DNA of 64,000 nt from a virus (IMGVR_UViG_3300036845_000049:1816-65815), one strand, 5' to 3'; numbered from the stretch's first letter, positions 10,645 to 21,263 are shown. Notes: a model not told the origin generated them from the letters alone. Numbers and translations: made by a program.

Positions 10645-11078
10645 GATACACGCACCATTAAAACCGAACCATTACGATAAACACCCCCCACCACAACACC
10701 TGCACTAGCAGCGGCAGTATCATTTGCAGCATTAGGCGGCAGAGGATTGAAAACCGGGCCTGCCGCAAGCAACACGGGTTGCCACGTAAGTCCGTGCCGT
10801 CCATACGTGTTGGCGTCATTGGGGGCCTCCGCTATCCCCGGACCCGGAGGCCCCTGCGGGCCTGCGGGACCCTGCGCTCCCACCACGCCCGTTGACTTTA
10901 ATTCATCCTTGGTGACGAAAATTTGGGCCGCCGACGAGGGCGCGAAGTTCGGATTGGGGTTCTGCGCGTTCATCGTGATCATGGTCAACGTTTGGCGCAC
11001 AGCATCAAGCGTTGCGCGCATCGACGGCGCGTCGTTGCCCGGTGACGGGATCGATGGATATATCGTCTTGCCAGCCAT
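10641..11078 (-). CDS. Small tail protein with short collagen-like stretch
   Basis: GAQGPAGPQGPPGP followed by EAPND..YGR..W motif shared with the fibre at 17246. Confidence 0.6.
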   Translation of the reverse strand: MAGKTIYPSIPSPGNDAPSMRATLDAVRQTLTMITMNAQNPNPNFAPSSAAQIFVTKDELKSTGVVGAQGPAGPQGPPGPGIAEAPNDANTYGRHGLTWQPVLLAAGPVFNPLPPNAANDTAAASAGVVVGGVYRNGSVLMVRVS

Positions 11079-13385
11079 TTACGCTGCCTTAAGCTCTTTC
11101 ACTGAACTCGCTACCTTGAAGAACCGCACGCCTACCTGACCCTCTATTTGAAACTCCCATAGCTCAGCTTTGAAGTCGCCGGGAATTAACAACACTTCTC
11201 CCGACTTCTGTATCTCCCGCACCACAATTTCATTGCCATCGGCGTATATGCGAATGATAAGGTACTGGGTGGTGGGGTCGAACGTCTGCGCTTGGTCGAT
11301 ATTTCTTACCCCAAGGGTAATTGTGACCTCCGGTGGGACTTCGTACAGGACCATGAACGCTTTGAACTGCTGCGGCGCGGTGAACCGGAAACGCTTGGTT
11401 TTCCACTGCCAACTACGGAGCGTCGTCGTGCCGGGTACACCTATAGGTGGGTTCCACTGCATGATCTGCTTATTGGATTGCAGGACGAATATTTGCCCGG
11501 ACAATTCATCTGATAAAATATTGAGAACTTGAATAGTCCCAATAGCACTGGTGCGCAAGTAAGTAAATGGCGTATTCGTATCACCACTATCCATCACGAA
11601 GCCATTATACCCAAGCGTATCAATTGGCTCGCTTGGGATTGGCGCACCTTTAATGAACGTTGCGTAAGATGAGCCATACCGCGCCGACGCCCACTGCGGC
11701 GGTAGCAACGAGTAATGAAATTCTTTCTCGTACACTGCTGTAGTTACGTTTTGCGTACCGCCTGAGTTAAGCAACTGGACGCCATTAGGTGACGCATAAT
11801 ACGCGCCCTCGCCTGACGCCACGATGGACCCACGTGAAATACATGGCTCGTTGGCGGTGATCTTGCCGATGGTCATCGTGTCTGGGGTCACACCAGTGGC
11901 GATGAAAGGAGAACCTTCGGTAATAATATTAAGCGATGACCCGTTCGCGGTCAGCCCAACAATCGGATAGTCCACTGTCAACGCGTATTGTGGCGGCCAT
12001 GCGTGCGGAAGGTAAGCCGCTGAAAACCACACTTCGCGCTCATTGGTAAACCCGGCTGCAATGCCGTTCGCCATCATCACCACGCCCTGCAATCCTGCCG
12101 GAGGAGGAGCAAAGCCTATTGTGCTAAGCTGTAGGTTCGCCGTAATCGACGCGTCAAGCGCACTATCGTGGATCGTCACTGTACCCGTTGGGTTAATCGG
12201 AACCTCGGTGACTTGGTAGTACGTCGCATTGCCGGAACTATCCACCACCGTGCGATAGAGCCGGTAGTGGCCGGGGTTCATAGGCACGTTCGTGTTATAG
12301 CCAGCCGGTGGCGCTGGAATAACCACTGTCCACGTGCCGGTGCCATCGCCAGACGCGACTGTCGCCGGAGATGGTTCACTTTCCTCCCCGAAGTCACTTA
12401 TATAGGTATAAACGTAAGCCCGCGTCTCAGGCAAGGCGCTAATGAACTGGATCGTATCGCCAGCTTGCACGCCCGCTGCTGTCACCGCTGAGCTTAGGGT
12501 GACCGTAGTTCCACCAATTGATGCAACAGTCGTGCCGTTGGTAATCTGGTTGGCGTTATCAAACTGAAAGGTGTCGCCCGCGATAACCGCCCCAACAAGG
12601 TTGATGCTGATCGTAACGGTAGTCGCCGTAACCGCCGCCACCGTCGAACCGGTGAACACAACTGCCGGGTTAGACGTACATTTGACCGTCATTCCCACGG
12701 CGATGTTATTCGGCGCAGTGCCAGTACTAGAAAAATTCAGCGTTGTTGTGCCAACCGCAGACGCCAGCGTCGTCGCGGCGCTCAACCGATGGTCGGTCAA
12801 GTCGAGGACGTTCATGCCCGCCAGCACGCCCGCAGAAACAGGCGACGAGCCAAACGTCAAGACTGTGCCGCCAACCGCCGTAACAGCGCTCGTCGTCATG
12901 ATGATCGACGTTGCCGGTGGCGTCACTGTAACTGGTACGGTAGGCGGCTTGATCCCTAACGTATAGTTGGAAGAACCGCTTTGTAACCGCGCCAGCGTGT
13001 TGTAGACTGGCCCCGGTGACGACGCAGGCCAGTTTGGATTATCCCCCATAGAGTTATATTCGTCACTCGGGAAGAAATAATACCTATCGTACGTGTCGCC
13101 AACCGTAGGGTTACGAATAGTCGTCAGATAGGGATCGGGGAACTCCAACCACAACGAACCCGCTGACGAGAAGTCAGGCGGGTTCGCGTCATTCAGTGGT
13201 ATACGATAAATAGACTGGCTGTCGTCGTACTGCACTGACGCTACAGCGTGCGCCGCCCGGAACCCACGAATTTGCCCACGGTACAGCCATGCGTTATTGC
13301 AAAGTTGACTATTATTGTCAGGAAGTAAAACCGGGTCCCTTATAGGAAGCATCCCACTGAAGTCAGCGATCATCACAGTCGGCAT
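11079..13385 (-). CDS. Tail nozzle/stabilization (tail tubular B-like) protein with Thr-rich insertion
   Basis: Probable start MPTVMIADFSG (TGATG overlap); YVYTY..GEESEPSP and WFS..YLPHAWP motifs of podovirus stabilization proteins. Confidence 0.7.
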   Translation of the reverse strand: MPTVMIADFSGMLPIRDPVLLPDNNSQLCNNAWLYRGQIRGFRAAHAVASVQYDDSQSIYRIPLNDANPPDFSSAGSLWLEFPDPYLTTIRNPTVGDTYDRYYFFPSDEYNSMGDNPNWPASSPGPVYNTLARLQSGSSNYTLGIKPPTVPVTVTPPATSIIMTTSAVTAVGGTVLTFGSSPVSAGVLAGMNVLDLTDHRLSAATTLASAVGTTTLNFSSTGTAPNNIAVGMTVKCTSNPAVVFTGSTVAAVTATTVTISINLVGAVIAGDTFQFDNANQITNGTTVASIGGTTVTLSSAVTAAGVQAGDTIQFISALPETRAYVYTYISDFGEESEPSPATVASGDGTGTWTVVIPAPPAGYNTNVPMNPGHYRLYRTVVDSSGNATYYQVTEVPINPTGTVTIHDSALDASITANLQLSTIGFAPPPAGLQGVVMMANGIAAGFTNEREVWFSAAYLPHAWPPQYALTVDYPIVGLTANGSSLNIITEGSPFIATGVTPDTMTIGKITANEPCISRGSIVASGEGAYYASPNGVQLLNSGGTQNVTTAVYEKEFHYSLLPPQWASARYGSSYATFIKGAPIPSEPIDTLGYNGFVMDSGDTNTPFTYLRTSAIGTIQVLNILSDELSGQIFVLQSNKQIMQWNPPIGVPGTTTLRSWQWKTKRFRFTAPQQFKAFMVLYEVPPEVTITLGVRNIDQAQTFDPTTQYLIIRIYADGNEIVVREIQKSGEVLLIPGDFKAELWEFQIEGQVGVRFFKVASSVKELKAA

Positions 13386-13852
13386 CAAATTCTCCTTTTC
13401 AGGTATTTGATCGCCCGACATAAAAGTTCCACGCTATCCTTTGCTCGCCCTAACAATACATTGCAATCATTGCATAGTAGCCCGCGCACCTTTTCAGTAG
13501 CATGATCATGATCCACTTTAACGTCTTTCAACTCTAATGGACCTTCACAGCACGCACACTTGCCACCCTGTTGCTTATACATCCTCAGGTATGTAGACGC
13601 CTCAAGTCCGTACAGAGACCTTAGCGCCCACTCCTGTCTTCTTGTCAATCCACTTGGCTGGACTATATTGGCGTTAGTCTTATTCCGCGTATTATATCGA
13701 TCTCTGTTTTTATGGTAAATTGCTAGACTTCTAGCATTGGCACATGCTTTGCATTCAGAGAATAGCCGCCCATTCGTTTTGACAAAGTAATCCGCATACG
13801 GCTTCTGTATGCCACATACAGTACATGCCTTCTGTAGGGCGACTACACTCAT
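13385..13852 (-). CDS. Endonuclease VII-like (HNH) free-standing endonuclease
   Basis: CxxC pairs and QGGKCACC..VDHDH..VRGLLCNDCN.LLG motif. Confidence 0.85.
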   Translation of the reverse strand: MSVVALQKACTVCGIQKPYADYFVKTNGRLFSECKACANARSLAIYHKNRDRYNTRNKTNANIVQPSGLTRRQEWALRSLYGLEASTYLRMYKQQGGKCACCEGPLELKDVKVDHDHATEKVRGLLCNDCNVLLGRAKDSVELLCRAIKYLKRRI

Positions 13853-13869
13853 GAAAGTTACTCTGTGGG

Positions 13870-14160
13870 TTACTTTTGGCTAGAGTGTTGCTGTATCACC
13901 TTGCGCCCAGTTTCGTGCTCAGCATCATGACGATGGGCATGCTGTTCAAGATGTTTCTTCCCGGCCTCCATCTCCGCACGAGTGTTATCGGCCAGTCCCT
14001 TTGGAGCGTTCTCAGGCGGGGCCATGTCGGGTTGAGGCCCATGACCGGCTTCGGTTGAGTTTGGGTTGGGTGGCGTGTTTGGTTGCCCGTGAATATTCTT
14101 TCCGGCGTTCGGGTCGGTCGGTGGTGCGGGCGGAATAGCTTGCTTCGGGGGTTGCGCCAT
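13870..14160 (-). CDS. Hypothetical Pro-rich protein
   Basis: 96 aa, coupled to upstream gene (TAATG). Confidence 0.65.
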   Translation of the reverse strand: MAQPPKQAIPPAPPTDPNAGKNIHGQPNTPPNPNSTEAGHGPQPDMAPPENAPKGLADNTRAEMEAGKKHLEQHAHRHDAEHETGRKVIQQHSSQK

Positions 14161-14363
14161 TATTTTTCTCCTATTGAGGGTGGGGTGTATGTGGCAGGCT
14201 CATTACCCTCATCGAGCCAAGTCTTGTAGTCTTGATAATTTCGATTGCCTTCATCGGTCGGGACGAAGGCTTCGGTGGGTCCAGTCAGGTCGCTCCAAGT
14301 CTCGCCCTCATCGAGCGTCACCTTGATCGTGGTTTCGTCGGGGTCTGTGTAGGTGAATTGCAT
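14160..14363 (-). CDS. Small tail-fibre-associated protein (chaperone-like)
   Basis: Start MQFTYTD after AAGGA; FVPTDEGNRNYQDYKTWLDEGNEP motif typical of genes following fibre genes. Confidence 0.65.
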   Translation of the reverse strand: MQFTYTDPDETTIKVTLDEGETWSDLTGPTEAFVPTDEGNRNYQDYKTWLDEGNEPATYTPPSIGEK

Positions 14364-14442
14364 GATGGGTGTCCTTAGAAGTCCTCGTCGAGCGTGACCC
14401 TGATCGTGGTTTCTTCGGGGGATGTATAGGCGAGGTTCATGA

Positions 14443-15672
14443 TCAGAGGTCCGCGTCCGCTGTAAATATCGCGTTAAGGGCGTAAGTTCCTGTCGCTGCC
14501 ACAACTGCTGAACCATAAAACATAGTACCGCTGTGCTGGAGCGTAATAGTACCTACATTTGTACTAACCCCGCCTACCTGTGCCATTGTCGCAGTGGCGC
14601 GCATAAGGACTGGGCACAGAGATGAAGCTATTGCGGCAAAACCAGAAACGTATGCTGCCGAACCACCATAAAGCTGCCCCTTCTGGTAATACCGCAGGCA
14701 GTCGAGCAGGTTGTCGCTTTGCTTGCGGAAGTCCGGCTCGGCGTTAGGCGGTGAGTTAACCATGAGCGCAACGCCAGTGATCGATAGCCCGCTGCTGGTC
14801 GTCGCCAGCACGTTGACCGCCCCCGCTGTGCTGAGAAAATTTCCGTTTTGCCAAGCATTGACGGTCGCGGTCTGGTAGGTCGAGCCGATGCACAAACCAA
14901 AACGTAAAAGGGCGCATGCGGCACTTGCAGCGACGCTCCACGTTCCCGCTGTGTCGGCGGGAATATCGAGCCTGATCTTAGTCCACGTATTGGCGGGAAG
15001 AACGAAGGTGGAGACGTAAGACCGCGCGCCTCCAGTATTGCAAAGCGAGAAGGCATAAGCCCCGGCAACGGGCGAACTGGCCCAGAACTCGACGGTGATC
15101 GGCAGGGCGTTCGGCGTGCCCCATTGTGCGTCAAGAAAATTGTAGCCTTCGATAAGATGCTGCCACGAAACCGCGTCGCCTGCCGCTGGCGAAGCGTAAG
15201 CCGTCGCCGTGTTGAAGCTCAGACAATAAAGAAACGGGAACCCGACTGGCGCGTTGCCCGGCGGCGCAGCAAGCGTAACACGGCCAACACTGCCTTTCGA
15301 CGCCACGCCGGAGTTGCCGATCTTCCAGCGATCAATGACGTAGGCAGACACCGCGCCCATCGCGATCTGAGCGCCGCCATTGCGCTGATCGATCGCCATG
15401 TCGCCATTGATAATACGATTGCGGTAGCGGATGTTCGACCCCAACGCCGCGTCGCCAGCATCCACGTACTGCTTGGTTGCGCCGCCGAGCGCCGCCGTGG
15501 GATCGGCGGCGAGCGTCAGGTTCGTGACCGGCCCCGACATCGTGCCGCCGGTCAACGGTAAATAGGCGTTATTCAGCCCAGTCGCCGTCCACTTCGCGCC
15601 GTCCCACGTCCACGTGACGCCTGCGGCTGAGAAGTTCTGACCGACTGTCGGACTAGCAGGGAAGTCAATCAT
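14443..15672 (-). CDS. Tail fibre/receptor-binding protein 2
   Basis: MIDFPASPTVGQ N-terminus, GGTM.G..LAADP..ATKQYVD shaft motif, NRIINGDM.IDQRN carbohydrate-binding-like domain, C.RYYQ. Confidence 0.75.
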   Translation of the reverse strand: MIDFPASPTVGQNFSAAGVTWTWDGAKWTATGLNNAYLPLTGGTMSGPVTNLTLAADPTAALGGATKQYVDAGDAALGSNIRYRNRIINGDMAIDQRNGGAQIAMGAVSAYVIDRWKIGNSGVASKGSVGRVTLAAPPGNAPVGFPFLYCLSFNTATAYASPAAGDAVSWQHLIEGYNFLDAQWGTPNALPITVEFWASSPVAGAYAFSLCNTGGARSYVSTFVLPANTWTKIRLDIPADTAGTWSVAASAACALLRFGLCIGSTYQTATVNAWQNGNFLSTAGAVNVLATTSSGLSITGVALMVNSPPNAEPDFRKQSDNLLDCLRYYQKGQLYGGSAAYVSGFAAIASSLCPVLMRATATMAQVGGVSTNVGTITLQHSGTMFYGSAVVAATGTYALNAIFTADADL

Positions 15673-15690
15673 ATATTTTTACTCTCAGGG

Positions 15691-17226
15691 TCAGAAGTCC
15701 GCGTCCGCCGTCCAGTTGAACTGAAAATATGAAACCCCCGAAACATTACAGATCATGGTCGCTCGGAAATTGCTTGGGCCTAAGTTGGGGATCGTAGGCG
15801 CGCCAGCCGGAAAACCGACATTCGACCCAGACGCAATCGGGGTTATCGTCGGAGTGGCGCGCATCGTTGGGTTTAGGAGCCCGTTATAATAATAAGCGCC
15901 ACTCGCAGTCGCGTTGCCACTCCAGATAGGAGCCGGGTTGTTTCCGGCTTGATAATACCGCTGGCAGTCGATGAGATTGTCGCTGTACTTGCGGAAGTCA
16001 GGCTCGGCGTTGGCCGCCGCCGCGCCAACCATCAGCGCAACACCGGTGAAATAGAGGGTGGCGTTGAGCGTACTGACGACGTTGACCGCGCCGGGGGCGG
16101 TGAGGAAATTGCCCGCCGTCCACGCGCCCGCCGCAGTCGCGCGGTTCGACCCGACGCCAAGATTGAAATACACGCCAAGCCCGCTGGCGTTAGCAGCAAC
16201 ACTCCATGACGCCCCAGCCGTGTCGCCGGGAATGGGAATGCGGAACTTCTGCCAAGTGTTCACTACCGTAATAGCGAAAGTAAACGTGTAGGAGCGCGTC
16301 CCGGCATTATCGCGCAGCGCCCCGGCAAATGTCCCCGTGAGTGACGAAAACGCCCAGAACTCCAGCGTCACCGGCAGAGCGTTCGCAGTACCCCAATTGG
16401 CGTCGTTGAAGTTGCAGCCCTCAACGGCTTGAACCCAACTCAGAACGTCGGCCGCCGCTGGCGTGTAAGCGGCGGTCGTTGTCCAAAGGAGGTATGAGAG
16501 TTGGCCGGTCAGAGAGATCCCGGTAGAACCCATCGCAGTTTGCCCGACGTTGCCTTTGCTGGCGATGGAGGTATTCAGCTTCCAACGGTCGATGACGTAT
16601 ATGCTCGACGCAGGCGCGGCGATGACCGCGCCCCCGTTGCGAGCATCCACCGACATGTCGCCGTTGATGATGCGGTTGCGGTAGCTCGTATTCGCAGCCG
16701 TATCAACATATTGTTTCGTTGCCGCACCAAGCGCCTGCGTCGGATCGGCGGCGAGGATCAGTGGGCCAGTCATCGTGCCGCCAGCCAGTGGAACAAGACC
16801 GCTCAGGTCTGTCTTGGCGGCGTTGGTAGCGATTACCCACTGGGTTGTATTGCCATCGTTGTACCAGACGTAGAGTTGCCCCCCAGCGCTGTCGAACCAC
16901 ATCGTGCCAACGTCTGGCGTCGCAGGGGGTGTATCGCCAACATTGACGTTGCCGCCAGTCAACGACCATTGGATGGAGTTGAACAAACCGGGGGGGACCG
17001 CAGCCTTCGCGGTGTATAATTTACCGCCCTGCACCACATAGTCGCCCTGATTGTACGAAGTCGTAGTAGAGAAGAACCGTACCGCGATCAAGTCCACCGC
17101 CGTCGCAGTGCTATCGACCACGCCCAACTGCTTGTCGGGCCAGTTAACATATAGTTCGCCCGGTTGACGCCCAGTTGGACGATTACCAGCAACATTAGAT
17201 CGAAGTGTTTGTATCCGTCCCGTCAT
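15691..17226 (-). CDS. Tail fibre/receptor-binding protein 1 (paralog of 14443-15672)
   Basis: Same NRIINGDM...CQRYYQ...TADADF domain plus extra N-terminal modules. Confidence 0.75.
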   Translation of the reverse strand: MTGRIQTLRSNVAGNRPTGRQPGELYVNWPDKQLGVVDSTATAVDLIAVRFFSTTTSYNQGDYVVQGGKLYTAKAAVPPGLFNSIQWSLTGGNVNVGDTPPATPDVGTMWFDSAGGQLYVWYNDGNTTQWVIATNAAKTDLSGLVPLAGGTMTGPLILAADPTQALGAATKQYVDTAANTSYRNRIINGDMSVDARNGGAVIAAPASSIYVIDRWKLNTSIASKGNVGQTAMGSTGISLTGQLSYLLWTTTAAYTPAAADVLSWVQAVEGCNFNDANWGTANALPVTLEFWAFSSLTGTFAGALRDNAGTRSYTFTFAITVVNTWQKFRIPIPGDTAGASWSVAANASGLGVYFNLGVGSNRATAAGAWTAGNFLTAPGAVNVVSTLNATLYFTGVALMVGAAAANAEPDFRKYSDNLIDCQRYYQAGNNPAPIWSGNATASGAYYYNGLLNPTMRATPTITPIASGSNVGFPAGAPTIPNLGPSNFRATMICNVSGVSYFQFNWTADADF

Positions 17227-17245
17227 ATGACCATTCTCCCTCTAT

Positions 17246-19192
17246 TTAGAAGGTACCAGCATCAATCGTAGCGTTGTCCACATACTGCTTAGTGGCAGCA
17301 TCCAAGTTACCAACTGGGTTACTCGCTAGGGTCAGTGTACCTCCCATCGTACCGCCTGACAAGAGCAAATAATTAGCAAGCGAAGCGACCGTAGCACGCG
17401 TCGTATCACTCGGATGCACATGATCCTCACGCGCCCATCTCACTCCTGCACCAACGGTTGCATTACCATCCATTAACGGCGCAACAGTCGCCCCAACCGG
17501 CACGGAGGCGATGGTCGCATATGGCCCCAGCGCCGCCGACACTTGCGCCGCCGTCTGGTAGCCCGACGGGTTACTCGTAGGGTAATAATTATTCAACGCC
17601 GAAGCAACTTGCGCCGCCGTCTGGTAGTTCGATGGGTTCGACGCGTTGTATTTGCTGGCGTCGCTCGGGTGCACGTGATCGGCGCGAGCGTACGCTGTTG
17701 ATACGCCAGTCGCCGCATTGCCGTCCATCGGCGGTGGAGAGCCAGATGGCTGTGGCACCGACGAAGTAATGGTGCTGTCAACATATCCCTTAGTGGCTGC
17801 GCCGCTAGTCGCAGTTGGCGGACCAGAGAGGACCAATAGGCCAGTCATCGTGCCGCCGGTTACCGCCAGTACGTTCACCCATGTGTGGTTCTGCCGCCCA
17901 TAGGTTGTGCCGTCAGCATTGGCGTCAGTCAACCCACCCGGCGCATGTGCCTGAAAATAACTTAGAGTGACCGGCTCCATCAAATTGACAGGATCAGCGG
18001 CGAGTTCAATCGCCCCTGTCATCGTACCGCCAGCCAACTGCAAGAACGGATAACCATTCGAGTTGAATGCGCCAATAATCGCGTTGTCAACATAATTCTT
18101 GTTGGCGGCTTGCTCGGGCGCAATTGGATCGTTGGATATGGCGATAGACCCATAGGCGGTAATGTTGCCGGTAAAGAACGACGGCTGTTGCACAGCCAGC
18201 GTGCCGCTGATAGAAACGTTACCAGCAATTGATAGTGAGCCTGTTACTCGACCACCGCTCACCCATCCGCGATTGCTTCGCATATAGCTATTGCCATCGG
18301 TGGGTGCATCCACACCAATGACTGCGGGCGGGACAATCGTCCATGCTGCGTTCAAACGGCCATACACATTGCCATTAATCGGCGCGTCAGCAAGAATAGG
18401 TTCCTGCGGTATAACAGTCCACGCACCGTTCTGCCGCCCGTAGATATGCCCATCATTCGACGCATCGTTCTGAAGCGGGTCTAATACCCACCCGCCGTTA
18501 CCCCGTGAGTAATTCTGTCCGGTGCTTGGCGCGTCAGCTTGGATAATGTCTGGAGCCCAATAACCGTTATAACGGCTATAGAGCGTGTTGCTTTGCGGCG
18601 CTTCCGACACCAAATTGATGCTCATCATGACTTGCCAGAAGAATTTCGTGCCGTCAGTGACCCATTCATAGAGCGTCTGTGTGTCGGGGCTATACCACTG
18701 ATCCATCACGTTCGGAGCAACTGGCGGCGCAGACCCCCAAAAATAGCGCACCGCCGTGTTGGCATAACCTTGCGTCGGCTCACCTAGTGGGATTTCAGTG
18801 TACAACGCGGGGACCGAGTTGCTCGTACCGCAGGCGCAATCGCCGGATGACGGGATATTGATCAGCACAGTATCAGTGCGCGGCGACCCACTAGAATTGA
18901 TAGTCATCGTCAGCGTGTATTGCTGGCCTGCAATGCCACCACTCAACAAGAACGCCAGACGGCCCGCGATATCCGAATGCGCATAACTCACCACCAACGC
19001 CGGGTTGCTTGTCACATCAAGCTCAAATGCCCACGAGTTCACCAGCAACGGTGGCGAAAGGTTAGAGTAATCCACCACGACCAGTGTTTGGTCGGTTGGT
19101 TGCTTAGTAACCGTCGCAAGCGTCAACGTCACATCTGCGAATAGATAGACCGCATCCGTATTGACGACGCCCGCTGGGAGCATAAAACCCAT
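17246..19192 (-). CDS. Tail fibre (proximal) with DAP.DG..Y.R.N..W repeats
   Basis: About six DAP/DA repeats, several GGTMTG and K.YVD motifs, two A(R)xDHVHP motifs. Confidence 0.7.
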   Translation of the reverse strand: MGFMLPAGVVNTDAVYLFADVTLTLATVTKQPTDQTLVVVDYSNLSPPLLVNSWAFELDVTSNPALVVSYAHSDIAGRLAFLLSGGIAGQQYTLTMTINSSGSPRTDTVLINIPSSGDCACGTSNSVPALYTEIPLGEPTQGYANTAVRYFWGSAPPVAPNVMDQWYSPDTQTLYEWVTDGTKFFWQVMMSINLVSEAPQSNTLYSRYNGYWAPDIIQADAPSTGQNYSRGNGGWVLDPLQNDASNDGHIYGRQNGAWTVIPQEPILADAPINGNVYGRLNAAWTIVPPAVIGVDAPTDGNSYMRSNRGWVSGGRVTGSLSIAGNVSISGTLAVQQPSFFTGNITAYGSIAISNDPIAPEQAANKNYVDNAIIGAFNSNGYPFLQLAGGTMTGAIELAADPVNLMEPVTLSYFQAHAPGGLTDANADGTTYGRQNHTWVNVLAVTGGTMTGLLVLSGPPTATSGAATKGYVDSTITSSVPQPSGSPPPMDGNAATGVSTAYARADHVHPSDASKYNASNPSNYQTAAQVASALNNYYPTSNPSGYQTAAQVSAALGPYATIASVPVGATVAPLMDGNATVGAGVRWAREDHVHPSDTTRATVASLANYLLLSGGTMGGTLTLASNPVGNLDAATKQYVDNATIDAGTF

Positions 19193-19201
19193 ATCGCTCT
19201 C

Positions 19202-20059
19202 CTATATGCTCGGAAGGTATGGGGCAAACCACAGCATGAATATAATGCTGTCAGCGGATGGCGCTTGCGCGAACGCGATCTGATTGTTCACCGCCGTATA
19301 TTGCGTCACTGCGTCTTGCCATACCCCATCAACCGACACGAATACGGTATTACCGCCGCTAATTGTGACCGGCCTGCCAACGACGCTCGTCAGATTGAAC
19401 ACAGTTGTCGTGCCGTCCGGGTGAATTGGTTGGAGGCTAAGGATGGTGACATTACTACCGCCGCCACCACCCCCACCGCCACTACCCGCCTCCTGCCAAA
19501 GGCTCGTAATGCCGTTGCTGATATAATCGTACAGTAGACCATTCGACGTGTCGTACCAACGATCCAACACGTTCGCGCCAACCGGGATCGTGCCACTGAC
19601 AAAGAACCGTGGTGCGGTGTTGACAATAATCGACCCGTCTCCACTCACGTCCCCATTCACCGGAGGCGGCGTAGGCAGAGGGGTACACCCACAATCATCA
19701 CCCAGCACATTCACAGTCAGCTTGTCGGTACGCACTTCTCCAGTCGTCAAGGTGGCGCTAATCATAACGTCGTAAGCGCACCCCTCAATACCGGCGGAAA
19801 GAAGGAAAGTGAGTTGCGTTTTTCCAGTGTTCAGCGTTGCTTTGCTAATACCCAAGTTTGGGGAGCCACCCGGAGTTACCCTGAGGGTAAAATTGGCGAG
19901 CGTCACTGCCGGGATAAGCTGGCTGTAATCCACGGTAATAAACGTGTTCGTATCGACTGATGTTTTGTCGAAGAAGCCGAGGTCATGCGTCGTGTCAGCA
20001 ACGAACATCGCTTGGTTAGTCTGTGCACCGGGGATCGGGTATGGGTAAATTTGGTTCAT
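19202..20059 (-). CDS. Tail fibre adaptor-like structural protein
   Basis: N-terminal domain paralogous to 17246-19192; beta-rich C-terminus. Confidence 0.6.
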   Translation of the reverse strand: MNQIYPYPIPGAQTNQAMFVADTTHDLGFFDKTSVDTNTFITVDYSQLIPAVTLANFTLRVTPGGSPNLGISKATLNTGKTQLTFLLSAGIEGCAYDVMISATLTTGEVRTDKLTVNVLGDDCGCTPLPTPPPVNGDVSGDGSIIVNTAPRFFVSGTIPVGANVLDRWYDTSNGLLYDYISNGITSLWQEAGSGGGGGGGGSNVTILSLQPIHPDGTTTVFNLTSVVGRPVTISGGNTVFVSVDGVWQDAVTQYTAVNNQIAFAQAPSADSIIFMLWFAPYLPSI

Positions 20060-20805
20060 GCGTGACCTACATACATACCAGTGTTCCGGTGGCCGCTATT
20101 CCACCCCTGCGGATAACCCCAACGTTGTGTGGCGTAGCCGAACATGCGCCGAACCTCAGTGCGGCATAGCCCAATGCCTTGGTTGAACATGCGCCCGTGA
20201 TACTGCGCGCCCGGTAGCGACGAGTAAGGCTTGCCGGGTTGCAGCATCAACCGCATGTTGACGCCGTTGGCGATATAGTTCAAGTACTTTTCCATCACCC
20301 AGTTGGGCGGCGATACGAACCCCTCGCTGTCAACCGGATCACATGGCGTCAACGCCAGCGTGGCGATCCACGTTTCATCGGAAGTTGGGTTATCACGAAT
20401 ACGCAATATAGGACATTTCTCCCCAGCGTTTAAAAGTGCCCCCGACCGCTGGGTCCGAAACAACGGGTCCTGAGCTTCCGACGCCGCGTTGCGCCCGTCA
20501 GTACTTAAGTATTGAGGAGGGCACATTGGGAGGTATGGAGGCAGTGGATACTCAGCAGACGGTGGGGGCGAGCGCGGTCGATCCAAACCCATGAGCCGAT
20601 TGACTACCACATTCTGCCCGGTGCCAACCTGATAGTCATTGGTATATGGAACGATGTAGATTGGAACTTCCAACAGCCATGCGTCTGTACGCTGGAAGAA
20701 GTCCTTGAGAGTGTTGAAAACCTCAAGCCTTATAATTCCATCTAAAGCTCCGCCACAGGTCATCCTGACCATATCGTTTAAGCGGGCTAAATTGGTCGTC
20801 GTCAT
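20056..20805 (-). CDS. Head-tail adaptor / tail tubular A-like protein
   Basis: FF.RTDAW and RLMLQPGKPYS motifs; position after capsid. Confidence 0.6.
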   Translation of the reverse strand: MTTTNLARLNDMVRMTCGGALDGIIRLEVFNTLKDFFQRTDAWLLEVPIYIVPYTNDYQVGTGQNVVVNRLMGLDRPRSPPPSAEYPLPPYLPMCPPQYLSTDGRNAASEAQDPLFRTQRSGALLNAGEKCPILRIRDNPTSDETWIATLALTPCDPVDSEGFVSPPNWVMEKYLNYIANGVNMRLMLQPGKPYSSLPGAQYHGRMFNQGIGLCRTEVRRMFGYATQRWGYPQGWNSGHRNTGMYVGHA

Positions 20806-20808
20806 GGC

Positions 20809-21240
20809 TTATGCCGCCGATAGCGTGGTTAAGTGCGATTGGAACTTGGCCATAAATCCTTGTGCCCGTGCGTCCTGCGTATCGGTCACGTCGAGGAACT
20901 GCGCCCACCCGTTGACGAACCAATCGAGTGTTGACATGTACTTGTTTGGAACCGGCACGAGAGTGCCCTTGCCGAGAATATAGCTCCCATCCGGGTTGGT
21001 CGCCACGTCATCTGTCGTGTATTGTGGCGGGTTGCCATCATCAGTATCGCCCTTACGCAAAGGTCGCTGATACTTCAAATCCAAAAATATATCGGGGCGA
21101 ACGCGGCCCATCTCACCCAAGCCAATGTTGAGCGCGATCAATAACGTTGTGTCGGGATAGCGATAGGGCGACACTGCATCTTGCAGGCCCAATCGCGCTA
21201 CCCCTAGATAATCCGTCACGGTTCGATAACGTTGTGCCAT
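20809..21240 (-). CDS. Head completion/adaptor protein
   Basis: Likely start MAQRYR at 21240; R..LQD....RY.D..L...LN.G......RPD pattern. Confidence 0.6.
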   Translation of the reverse strand: MAQRYRTVTDYLGVARLGLQDAVSPYRYPDTTLLIALNIGLGEMGRVRPDIFLDLKYQRPLRKGDTDDGNPPQYTTDDVATNPDGSYILGKGTLVPVPNKYMSTLDWFVNGWAQFLDVTDTQDARAQGFMAKFQSHLTTLSAA

Positions 21241-21263
21241 TTTTACCCATAGAGTAATAAGAC

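Noticed and set aside
13385-13852. Endonuclease VII genes (also 46806-47363) as intron-encoded
   Set aside because: Flanking genes look intact and are translationally coupled; no interrupted CDS or group I intron core seen, so treated as free-standing
14443-17226. Diversity-generating retroelement acting on the fibre paralogs
   Set aside because: No reverse transcriptase and no near-identical template/variable repeat differing only at adenines
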